DNA of 64,000 nt, from assembly GCA_964035545.1 (NCBI GenBank), contig OZ037773.1:10569751-10633750 (forward strand). The letters run 5' to 3'. Made by a program: the position numbers and the translations under genes. Below, in pieces: positions 12,258 through 24,490 of this stretch (the first letter of the stretch is position 1; every line of letters starts with the position of its first letter). Source of the stretch: Bugula neritina (Eukaryota > Animalia > Bryozoa). Below the pieces are notes generated by a model. The model saw only the letters and a program-made list of their open reading frames with translations, did no database searches and was not told the DNA's origin.

Positions 12258-14113
12258 ATATATATATATAACTTATAAAGAGAGTATATTATTACTGTTG
12301 GTTAGCATACTAGAAAGAGGTGACCTGGTGCACTAGAGTAGTGAGTGAGTAGGCTGAGGTCGGGTGGGTTACCACGCCTGCCCTCTCCCTCCTAGATTAC
12401 TGTCTATGGCATTACCACACCACACCTGCACTATCTCACTGCACACTAGTCCTAACTTATAGCCATTACTTTATTTTAATTCTTTTTAATTTCATTGCCC
12501 TGAGCATTGGTTATTATTTATTATCCTTCAGCTTGGAGATGAATAACTGTGGGATATTCACAATAACAAATTATTTTATAATTTACTCTCTACCCCTTTC
12601 TGATGGATTACTAATACAAGTGACATTCTTATGAATAAATTTAATTAAAGGATTTTTGTTTAGAATATTGAATAGCAGCTCATTATACTGAAGTAGCCGA
12701 AACGGTTATGACCTTGTTTTGCAGTCATATAGTATTTGTTTCGAAATGATTGTCTTTCCAGCCAGACTGTTGTTTTAGAGCTAGTTTGAGATCTAATGCA
12801 AATTAGCTTGCGGCTTCCTCATTGTCAGTTGAGTGATACGAATTACTTGAGAATGAAAAACATCGCAAGCTGTGGTAGCACTGTTCTTTGTTTCAAACTC
12901 ATAAAATAATACGTGCGTTTGACGAGAGTGCAATTAAACCGCACCAATCGCATTGCGGTTAGATGTGTGTGGATTTTCGGCTATAATATCTCGTGGTTTC
13001 TGTGGTAAAGTTTTATTTGCTACATACTGAAAAGCTATTTACAATGTGGTAGCATCTATTCAACTTTGTTTACTGCATTTAGAAGCTTTAGATGTGATAA
13101 ACAGGGTTAACTGATATCTACAAAGTCACATAGACATAAACAATTGACAGCAGCTCTGAGAAGCAGCTCTGTATCGAACTCAGTCTGAGCACTAGTTACT
13201 CACTGAACTACTAGTCACTCACAGTATTACTAGTTACTCACTGAACTGATAGTCACTCACAGTATTACTAGTTACTCACTGAACTACTAGTCACTTACAG
13301 TATGTACTACTCCTATTGTTAATATTCAAGGTCAGATAACTCTTGTTTATTTCAAGTGGAATGTTTGATATTTGAGATTGAGTCTATAAACTCATTTAGA
13401 CTAATCAGTCTCTTCTCATGCTGCTAGACGCAGAGTAGCACAACACTGACAAGAAATCCAGAACTCAGGCAGCATCAACCACCATGCCAAGAGGTGCTGC
13501 TCCACCATATAACATGTAATCAAGTGCCTAAAGCTGTATTTCTGACCTACTTCAGGCAACTACCCTGAATCAAGTTGCCTGGATGACATTCAGTTTATAG
13601 TTCCATGCCACTTGGCTATTCATGCGGTAGTTTTAGCTTCTGGTTAGTTTTTGGTGTTATTCACTCTAAATTTAGTGGGGGTTGCCAAAAGTTTGTAAAA
13701 TACTGCATTAATATTCAATTTGGGGTGAATTGCAACATACCACAGCTCTCAGCCTACGGGCAATCATGGAAGTGGATTGGGTTGCCCACCAGCCCCTCCT
13801 ATATTCTAACTACTACTGCAAATCCTAGTTTTTTAATTAAATCTTTTTCCTGAATAAATCAGCTGTTCTTTATGACCCTTGATTTTGACCCCACCGTCGA
13901 GTTGGTAGATTATACAATTTTATGTCGCAGTTTGCTTTGAACACAGTAGTTTTATGCATGTTAAATATTCTGTGTTAACAATGCATGACTGTAGGAGTGG
14001 AAATAACCTGCATATAGAATTGAGTTATCATTCCTTAACCGCTTGTAGTCTGCATTGTGTATGGAATGTATCTTTATACAAGACAGGGTATTTGTTCACA
14101 CACACAATACAAT

Positions 14114-14400
14114 TTTATTGTATTTCAATAAATATTACTGAATCAGTACAGAGAGAATGCAGCAGAATTCTCTTGCATAATAATTAGGAAAATCTAGAAA
14201 ATACTTTGGCATGGAAGCAGTGAAGTAAAGTAGTAATGCATAGAAAATAAATAACAAAACAATATAAAGAAAAAGTTAACAGATTGTAAACTGCCCTTAG
14301 TTGACAAGGGGCGGCTAACTCTACACTTAGTTGACTGTAGCAGCTAAATCAAGCAGAATAAACAATAAGTGAAATAATAATAGCGTATAAAAATAAATAT
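14114..14400 (-). promoter_or_regulatory. AU-rich elements and polyA signal in the ZFP36-family 3' UTR
   Basis: Minus strand: UUAUUUAUU at 14246-14254, UAUUUAUU at ~14127-14134 and ~14392-14399, AATAAA at 14114-14119. Confidence 0.6.
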
Positions 14401-14618
14401 TAATATTTAAGAATACGTAAAAACAATATATACAGTTATAGAAGTTTGTAAATTGGTAAAACGGAGCAAGTCGCAGTTAAAATGTATATACAGAGTGAAG
14501 GGGAAGACAAGAGCTGTTGTGTTGATTGCACTGGTCAGTATTGCATAGCCAAAAGTGATATAAATGTTAAATATTGCACTGGGATATGATTTCAAGAGCA
14601 TCCGTCCACACACGTTGT

Positions 14619-16004
14619 CTAAAAGCGTAGTGAGTTAAGTAGAGCACTAAGGTCAAGGGCAAATGACTGTTGGGTGTCTAAGCAGAGGTCATCGGAGTGA
14701 GGAGGGGTGGAGGGCGGCGAGGGGAAGCTCTTGGAGCTCATGTCGCTGGAGAAGCTGGATAGACTGGGAGCAGGAGACAAACGGGAGCAAGAGTTGGGGG
14801 TGAAGGGGTCCTCCACAAGGTAGTTGGGGGAGTGTGAGGGGGAGAGATCGCCGTAGATGGAGCTGGCAGGACTGGAGCCCTTGGAGTTGGTGTGGAAGTC
14901 GGTGTGGACAGAGCCAGAGAAAGGCTGCTGGTTGTTGAGTTGGAGTACCGAGGGTCTGATGGCCTGCGTCATCTGGGGAGCTCTGCGCTCATCTTCCTCG
15001 TGGATGAAGTTGCATCTGATGCCATAGGAGCAGATGTTGGTCGTGTGGTAAGTGCGGCACAGCTCGGTCTTGTATCGGGGGTGTCTGTTGAGGTATCTCA
15101 GCTCACCATCTCCGTGGGCATACTGACACTTGGAGCCGTAACGACAACGGCCAGTTTCCTCAAAGGATCGGCACTTTTCTGTCTTGTAGCGGCTGGCGGA
15201 TTCAGCGGCACTGGAGATTGAATTGTCAGATTTAGAGCTGTCTCGGCGTTGGAGGCTGGCACAGCTCTGGGAGTTCTGAGTCAATGGGAAAGACTGGGGG
15301 GCTGCAGCGAGTCCTGGAGGCAGACGCATGTTACCATCGAGACTTCTGTTGGTTGGATATGAGGGAACGTCGCTGAGAGATCTTTGAGCTAGGGGTTTAG
15401 GTTGGTTTGTGAGGTGATTGTTGCGAGTAGAGACTGACTGAGATCTTGCAAGTTGTAGCTGAGCTGCTAAATACGCATTCTGCTGTTGGATCAGCTGCTG
15501 AGTCTACAAATATCAAATTGATAGATATTAGTCATTGACAAATTACCATTCTATCATTCAATTTTAATGAAACTAACTCGATGGCATATTTAAACAATAA
15601 TATACTAACAGCTTGCACTTGATACTAAAAATTAATTATTCTTTTGACTTTACTGATATACTATGCCGAATACGACTATCATTATCACTATGACTATGCA
15701 CTTGCATTGCAATATTTTGACTCAGTTTTCTACCATTACTAACCCACAAGTTTCATTATTTTCAAAGTGATATTAATAGTTGGATTAAGTGCTACAAACA
15801 GTTAATTAGTACAGCAACATCAAGATGATGAGTACAGACTGCAGTAGCGATGCCGGCCACCAACTAAAAGAATAGTTATAGTAATATCAATTAAAATTAA
15901 AAACTGTAACTAGGCTAATAGTAATATTTGTATGAACCAACCTGTTGCTGAAGTTTGTAGAAGGTCAAATCCTGCATAGTATTTCCAATATTGAATCCGG
16001 TCAT
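14619..16004 (-). CDS. ZFP36L1: Tristetraprolin/TIS11-family tandem CCCH zinc-finger mRNA decay protein, ~315 aa, 2 exons
   Basis: Exon 1 16004-15942 ([21 protein letters not shown]|gttggt); exon 2 15503-14619 (tttgtag|, phase 0, in frame). Two CX8CX5CX3H fingers with RYKTEK/RYKTEL lead-ins and an 18-aa linker. Short first exon plus long second exon is typical of the family. The symbol denotes the family, not proven 1:1 orthology. Confidence 0.93.
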
Positions 16005-16112
16005 TATGTCCGTAAGTTACAGTAAAATAATTGTGTGAAATGTTGATTGTTGTAGAATGGTTTACTCTGCTAGTCCCAACTTGTAAGTAGTTTCGTTGCA
16101 TTCAACTCTTGA

Positions 16113-16491
16113 TTTTTATACCAACATAGCCATACTGCAAGCGACTAGGCTCCGCCCACATGTATTCCACAAACATTTTGTTCCCGCCTCGCCTGTGTGA
16201 ACTACAATAACAAGCCCTCGGCTCCAATAGTTAAGCCTAGTTCTAATAAGTTGCAATGCGGGCTAACTTTTGTTTCAACTAAAAATTTATAATTCGCTCT
16301 TGCAATGTTGTGCATCAAGTTTACCCATACTGACTTAAAAACTTCAATTATTGATTGTGAGATTTTAATAAAATAGAAAAGTGAAGTATAATAAGACAAA
16401 CAGAAAGCTTTTAGCAAAGCAATCCCTCTATTGCCAAGCCTGTCATGTTCTAAAAATAGCGCATGCGGCACTAGCGCGCAGTCTGACGTCA
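16113..16491 (-). promoter_or_regulatory. ZFP36-family promoter: TATA, GC box, MEF2 site, CRE
   Basis: TATAAAAA 16120-16113, GGGCGG 16157-16152, CTAAAAATAG 16450-16459, TGACGTCA 16484-16491. Confidence 0.6.
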
Positions 16492-17662
16492 GCGTGTTAT
16501 CGGCATTTCGCAACCCTTGTTTATCCATAACAATGGCTATAATTACTGCAGGATATACAATGTAAAGAATGTGTTTTGTACAGTGCCTCGGAAAGGAAGA
16601 AAACAGTATAAACTATGAGTCGTGTTTACAGGTAATTGACAGTGTTTGTAAATAACTTAAACCGGAAATGTAGTTTGTGCAGGTAAATAAATACATGGCT
16701 CTAAATTGTGGTGGTATAACGCTGTGGACTGACAAAAACACACTGCATGCTTAACAACATTTGAATGAAAATGTCTCACTTTCAGTGACTAGAAGATGAA
16801 GTTGAGTGGTGGCCTGTGGATAAACTGCTGTTATGTAACAGTATTAATATAAATAATATTATAGAGTGTAGACAGCACAAGTTGAAGTACCAGCTTATTA
16901 ACTACTGGTATTCCTAGTAAACCATACTTGGCTAACTAACTAGCAACTAGCAACTAACTAGCAACTAGCAACCAACTAGCAACTAGCAATTAGCAAAACT
17001 ATACCTACACCATATCTACACCATATCTACACCATATCTACACTATATTACATGTACATATATATTCTGCAGTATATTATTTATAGAGACTGGTAACACG
17101 GAGGACTAAGTGTCACATAACTGCGGCTATAAGGCACTTGCAATGTAGAAATAGTTTTGCAATATCCAATGTGAGTAATTGACTGTGTCATTACCTTATA
17201 TGGTGGTGAACCAAGAAGTTAGCTTCTCTGTCTGTCTGTCTGTCTGTGCGTCCACCAGAAGCCCTGACAGGATCAAAGCACCTTTCACTGCAATTTAACA
17301 TGAACTTTTGTGTGATCAACTGTCATTATATCCACCTAATTCTCCCTATCTCTCATAACATCTACCAAATTACTTCTTTAATCTGTTGACAACAATAACA
17401 CACTGAAACATAGTGCTGAATCCTTTCTACCCCCTTATAGAGAGAGAGGGAGGGCGTCAGCCCCCTCCTTGTCTCCTGGTGTCGTGGACTCACCAGTCCT
17501 ATTTTATGTGGATGTTGTTTGCACGACATCATCCAATGTATCATGTTAGATATGCCTAATTATCCACCAGGGGATGGGAAGAAAAAATATTACTTTAGTC
17601 CAGTTTAGCAGCTCAGTTTCCATTCCTCACAGACACTTTACTCAGTTCTAAGAAAGTTGGAG

Positions 17663-18114
17663 TAAAGTTGCGTTTATACCTTCACGATTTTCGGTCAAAA
17701 TTTCAATTTGGCCGGGTTGAAATTTCTCCGAGTTGCATTGCATTGTAAAAGCCACTCGTTGAAATTTTGTACTGTGATAACTTAATCGGCCAATTTTAGA
17801 ATAGGAGTAATAACTCCTTGTAAACATCGTTATTTAGTTATTACTTTGGCGATTAGACAAAGTACTTATACGGTTTTAATTATATAGCCTACGCCTTCTC
17901 AATTATCGCTTTTATGCTTTCCGCTTCACTAATTCACGACGTTTACAAAGGGCATCAAATAGCTATTATGCGAGTCAAATTTCAATTTCAGAAAGTGAGC
18001 AACCGCATCAATATGATTTCAACGAGTTTAAGTTTGACTGTAAAGGGGTACCCGGAAAAGCATTATTAACTTAAACTCGGTACTTTTTTCAGCAGAGGTA
18101 TAAACGCAACTTTA
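17663..18114. mobile_element. Putative MITE (~450 bp)
   Basis: 19-bp perfect inverted repeat taaagttgcgtttatacct (17663-17681) / aggtataaacgcaacttta (18096-18114). The outer TA could be the TSD. Superfamily uncertain. Confidence 0.65.
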
Positions 18115-19077
18115 GAAAAAAGTACCAAGTGTTGGTGTAATCTTGAACCTTTTGCTTAGCTTGTAACGTAATTTATTGTAATTTATCATAAAATAGTACG
18201 AATATAATACAATAACATGTAACATGACATAAAATAGCATTATGCAATAGAACATAACTTGATATACAATAATGTTAATAAGTTACCTCAGTGCTAAATA
18301 TAGCGACACTGTCAGCATACAGTACTAAATATAGCTACACTGTTAGCATACAGTACTCTGGGAATACCAGAATTACTTTCTTTACTTTGGAGGAAATAAG
18401 ACAAGTGGGTGTTTATTGCGCAATGTAATGGCGGCAGTTTCCTCTCTGCCGTCACATTCTGTTGACTGTGACTTGGCAAGGGTGAGCCTACCAGCATGTG
18501 ACTAAATATAGCAGCTGTGTAATAGCATAACGTTATCAAAATATTATATAGCATGACTTAACTCCATCATAAATAGTTTTGTGTTTATAGGTCAAAGTAA
18601 ATGACTATATTTAATCAGACGCAGGCAGCAGAGTCAGATAAGGAAGCAAAGGTCAAAGGATGGCAGCAATATAAGTGAAATTTGATCAGCATAGAGACAG
18701 CATGGCTATTTGTACAGGTGTCTAATAATATGCTATAATATTCAACTAGTTCTATGAGAGATAACTGGCTATAAGAGAAAATATTAAAGTATGGAGAGAG
18801 TATTTAGTCGTGGGGCAAGGAGCAGAGTGGTTGGCTGTTAGCCAATGGTAGTCTCAGCATACCAGAGTTGTGTCTTAGTGTCTCGCTTAGACTTGCTTCT
18901 TGGTGTCTTCCCACTTGTTGCCTAAGTCCCCTTGTAATCTCTCCTTATAATGAAGAGACAACCAGGGACCCCATGCTAGGCTGAAGCCGGACATGGCAAT
19001 ATGCGATTATTGATTAATAAAGAGGTGTTGACTCACAAAACTGCTTATTATATTATTTGTTATTGGAAAATAAATTG

Positions 19078-19408
19078 TTTATATGCTCATTCTACATAAC
19101 AGCAGGTAGAATAGGGTCTATATATACTCATTCTATATAACAGCAGGTAGAGTAGGGTTTATATGCTCATTCTACATAACAGCAGGTAGAATAGGGTTTA
19201 TTATATATGCTCATTCTACATAACAGCAGGTAGAGTAGGGTTTATATGCTCATTCTACATAACAGCAGGTAGAATAGGGTTTATATATGCTCATTCTACA
19301 TAACAGCAGGTAGAGTAGGGTTTATATGCTCATTCTACATAACAGCAGGTAGAATAGGGTTTATATATGCTCATTCTACATAACAGCAGGTAGAGTAGGG
19401 TTTATATG
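19078..19408. repeat. ~39-45-bp minisatellite
   Basis: atatgctcattctacataacagcaggtagartagggttt, ~8 copies. Confidence 0.9.
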
Positions 19409-20289
19409 TAAACTGTATGTTGAGTATTATTCTTTTGTAGCATCTTCTACACACCTGCAGTTGAAGTCCCGCAGTGAATGAGTGACATATGGAGTCATAT
19501 GGTGATGAATGTTGTTTTTATTAGACTTTCGGTAACTTTGAAATTCTTCCCCTTTAGTTGGTATTTATAAAATGTTTACCCTCAAGGATTGCAGAGAGAG
19601 AGAGACTAATGACGAAACCACGAGTTGCGAAACCAGCCTGAAGGGTGTAGATCTACGAGAGGATTGCAACAGGAGAGAAGTTGTCAGGTAATTTATTACA
19701 GAGACTTTAGCCGAGTTGGACACTGGATACAGGATCTAGACTATACACTAATTAAATGTGATTCACTCACTACAGCTGACTTCTATTAAAGGTACTGCTG
19801 CTGTTGGGTGTAATCTGGGTAAATATTTAACACGAATGGAATGTGCAGAAAATTGACCTTCAATCACATGATTATGTAAGACTTTGTAATACAATACAAG
19901 TATGCGGCTCTCACATCAACTCTCAAGTCTGGTCTCAATCAACTTACTCAAATTAATCAATGATTACTTCACATTCTCAGCAGTAGAAAGTTATCGGAGA
20001 CGTCAGTCCTGTTGGAAGCCCACCAGTAACTTTTAGGAACACCGTGTGTTGATGTCTGAGCTCCTCCACCTGTGGAAGGCAGCAAAGTCATTTAGACAGC
20101 AGCGTGTGGTCGGGTGTCCAATAGGAAGAGAAGAAAGTTATTTGATTAACAGCGAGTCTAGTAAAAACATTTGTTGTTGAATTGCTCAGCCGATTATGTC
20201 AGCTTAGACAACTTTTGGCCAGCCAGATGTGTTTGAGATGGAGTTGTTGATCTGTGAGCAGATGCTACGTGTTAGTCTTGATGGTATCA

Positions 20290-20500
20290 TAGGGTGTCAT
20301 ATGGGGTGTCACATAGGGTATCATATGAGGTGTCACATGGTGTGTCACATGGGGTGTTACATAGTGTGTCGTATGGGGTGTTACATGAGGTGTCACATGG
20401 GGTGTTACATGGGGTGTTACATGGGGTGTCACACGGGATGTCACATGGGGTGTCACATGGGGTGTTACATGGTGTGTCACATGGGGTGTCACATGGTGTC
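20290..20500. repeat. 12-bp minisatellite catggggtgtya
   Basis: Direct inspection. Confidence 0.9.
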
Positions 20501-20867
20501 AGAGTTAGCCTTTATTTGAATAGTTATACCTTCAATTTTGGAAGACATGAAACTTTACCTCTTCGGAGGTTCTCTGAAGAACAATTTCCAGGGTAGAGAT
20601 AAGTTTGAAGATATTTATCAGAGTGATTACATAACACAGTGAGTTCTCATGCCTGAGGACAGAAGTCCTAGACTAATTGGTCAAGATAAGTCTGTAATAG
20701 CTCATCAGTAACCATGGGGACATGATAACACAGGATTAATTGGACTCATTACTCCTAATAGTTGACACATGAAACACTATTTTGGAGTATTACGTGAGCT
20801 TCTCCCTGACTCAGTGATTCTTTAGGTAGACTGAAACTCTGTGCAGTCTACTTTCATATTTAATCCT

Positions 20868-21470
20868 AATATATATGTACATCTAGTATATATGTGTGTG
20901 TAATATATGTACATCTAGTATATATGTGTGTGTTATATGTGTATGTAATATATATGTACATCTAGTATATATGTGTGTGTTATATGTGTATGTAATATAT
21001 ATGTACATCTAGTATATATGTATGTATTATATGTGTATGTAATATATATGTACATCTAGTATATATGTGTGTACATCTAGTATATAATATGTATGTAATA
21101 TATATGTACATCTAGTATATATGTGTGTGTATTATACATTTACATTTAGTATATATATGTATGTAATATATATGTGTTTATGTGCATGTAATGTTTGTAT
21201 ATATATGTGTGTAACATATGTGTATATATGGGTGTGTAATATACATGTATTAGTAATATATATGTATAAGTAATATATATGTATTAGTAATATATATGTA
21301 TTAGTAATATATATGTATAAGTAATATATATGTATAAGTAATATATATGTATAAGTAATATATATGTATAAGTAATATATATGTATTAGTAATATATATG
21401 TATAAGTAATATATATGTATTAGTAATATATATGTATAAGTAATATATATGTATTAGTAATATATGGGTA
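20868..21470. repeat. Compound TA/TG-rich minisatellites
   Basis: tatatgtacatctagtata units followed by 17-bp agtaatatatatgtata units. Confidence 0.85.
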
Positions 21471-24231
21471 TTAGAAAGCAGGGGGGATAAAACCTCCCCA
21501 TTTCTAGGAGGCTGAGTCATATCTTTGTCTCGGAACAGAAGATATGATGAGTTTCTATCTTCTGCTGTGATTCAGACTACAAAGAAGGATATTCAGTCAT
21601 TCTGCTCTAGTAGAAGGAAATCTCAGTGCAATGTCGGCAGAAATGTGTGGGCCGTTGACTAACCACCCGTCATTAGACTAAGTTCAAACAGTTCATCTCC
21701 CAATCAATCATATATATAAATATGTTTGAAGGGTGTTTGCCAAGTTATTAGTTTGTGAATTCAATATGATCCAGGGTCGAGGCAATTAGATGCTCACAAG
21801 AGATATTGTGTTGATATTTACCAGTGCATTCACTGATTCATCCTCCACTCTGTTTGATGTTCAACAGATTTATGTACTGGTTGAGTCTCATTAGGCCAGA
21901 ACTCGGCAACACTCACTGGACCACCACCTTCCCCCCCCCACCCGTGCACTGAGAACACATACTTGGGGTTTAGGCTACGTTTGTTGTGCTTACACTTGTG
22001 GTAGTAGTGACTGACACTCACAATGAATATAAACTAGATGGTGTAAAAATATAGGTTTATTCAAATCCATTTTTTGCTCTGCTAGTATTTTTTGCAGTTT
22101 TATCACCAGCTAGTGTCTGGGTTCACTGCTAAACCCCAAGTCATGCCGATAGTATAAATTAATACCCATTATTAGTCAGTGATATGGACCTGTGAGTAGA
22201 AATTCTGGTTTTTTAATAATGTTTATCTGCTTTTATCACACTGCGGCTTGACTGAGGTGTCTACTGCAAACCACACGCCACAAACCACCTTCTAAACCAG
22301 CCTTGTCAAAGGATGTGCCATGCAGAAGAGATATAGTTACACAGTAACTATGGTGGCTGATGAAACCACTGGAGTAGCAATACCCTGATGTGACAAGCTC
22401 ACTGCTTCATCTAGCTAGCCGAATATCAATCCTATTATTAGTGCAGGATTATTTGATACTGCAACATAAACACCCTTCTCTTCATCTCCTTTGTCTTTCT
22501 GCCATATCTTCCTTCTTCAATCAAACACCATCCTAAGAAATGTGAAACTCCCATAACTCTGGTGTCTTTTAGAAGGTGAAATTGATACTCCATCCTCTTA
22601 CATAATTACTGCCTCAGTACAATGCCGCTGCTCTATCACAATGCCACGCTGCTCTAGTGTCAACTGTACATCCTGTGTAACTTACCGCCAATAAGTTAGT
22701 TACAATGGTCAAGTAGACTCGAGTGCAAACCAAGTACTCCTCTACAGCTCCAGAATATCAAATACTGTGTAGGACATGTCAATATGTTATGAGAATTGAT
22801 ACTTTTTAAGGAGTGGAATGTCTGCATAGGATTTGCTTTCTTGTATTTATTCAAGGGTTGAGTGTTGATGTACACTTATCCCTCAATCCAGCTGGTATGT
22901 TTCTGTTTGGCTTCCACTTGAAGCCAATGAATATGTAAATATTTATAGTATAAATTTATTCATAAACAATAATATATTAATTCATGACGAAATTCTAATT
23001 TTTACCAGTGTGTAGTAGTCGCTGTAATTATTTATATTTTTGTACTGGCAAAAAATATAATGCTAGCACAGTCTATGTTATATAAACAGCTAGCACACTC
23101 TATGTTCTATAAACAGCTAGCACACTCTATGTTCTATAAACAGCTAGCACACTCTATGTTCTATAAACATCTAGCACAGTCTATGTCATATAAACAGCTA
23201 GCACACTCTGTGTTATGTTTTTTACAATAGAAAAGGGTGCAGTGTTACATCATGTTTGCTAAGCTAATTTCTTTATTGACACTGATAAAATCTTCCTTTG
23301 TGAGCAGAAGATGTATTAAATAAGAGCGTATTAAGTAAACAGAAGAAGGCCGTGTGAGATTGAAAGAGGTAATGAAGATGAGTAAGATAGGAGAGGGTGC
23401 TGATTAGACTGGTTTACATAATACAGTGTGCCGGGTGCCTCCGGAACAATGTCTTATCTGAGCCCGTCTCCTCCAGCCTACTGTTTGTATATTTGTTCTG
23501 CTGAACCAGCTTATAGTGTTACACCGAGTCCCTCATTGTCCTCCCTGTGATTCAGCTCTCTCTCTCAGACAACCGCAATTCTGTCTGCTCAGTTATAAAT
23601 TAGTTTTTAATTGATTATAAATTGATGTCTAGCTTGCGTCACGTTACAGGAAGGTGTGAAGTTGAGAAGATGACAAAATTCCTCATTTATTGCTGCTTCA
23701 TTATAAACTATTCATTGTCGTTTTATATTTGCTTATTTTTAGTATTTATTTGAAATAAAATGTCCTTTATTTATATAACTGTTAGATTCATGAATATGAA
23801 AATTAATCTGTTTACTTGTTACAATCTATAGTATATAGTATAGTATAGTATAATATAGTATAGTATAATATAATATAATATAGTATAGTATAGTATAGTA
23901 TAGCACAGTTATATAGTATAGTATTATAGCATAGTATAGTACAGTATATTATAGTGTTGTATGGTATAGCATAGGTAGATATAGCGTAGATATAGTTTAG
24001 TGTAGGTATTTGTTGACCTAGATCAGATAATGCTATCAACACAAATCTACAGCTACTGGCTTTTTTCTTAGCCATAAACTAACCCTAATTATTTTTGACT
24101 GCTTTAAATTTATGTTAGTAATTTAATTTTCTGCAAAACAGTTGATAGCCGGATTCTACGGAGTTATCTTGGTGATTCACTACTATTCAGATGTTATTCT
24201 CATTTTACTTTATCTGATTGACAACTCTTTA

Positions 24232-24490
24232 TGTTATCTTTTGTTTACAAGAGCTTCGAATGCCTGCATACTGTGCGTGTATTGAGACTGTAGATTGTAG
24301 ACTGTAGAGAGTATTGAGGCGCGAATACCAGCGTCAAACAATCCGACCATTATCATAGTGGAGGAGCTGCATATGTACACTGTGGATGTGTACACTGTGG
24401 TTACGGCTATTGTGGGCCTGTGGTTACCGCTATTGTGGGCCTCTAGACCTGTAGCACCTCCTTCCAATAATAAACATAACCGTATCTTCA
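24232..24490 (+). mobile_element. Candidate solo LTR (Gypsy-like)
   Basis: 259-bp GC-richer block, TG...CA ends, flanked by 4-bp direct repeat TTTA (24228-24231 / 24491-24494), AATAAA ~16 nt before the 3' end. Confidence 0.45.

Noticed and set aside
14407-14613. Stop-codon readthrough extension of ZFP36
   Set aside because: The downstream ORF is in a different frame from the ZFP36 stop.
18780-19037. Second solo-LTR-like segment (AATAAA then ..CACA)
   Set aside because: No matching TG start with a target-site duplication could be identified.
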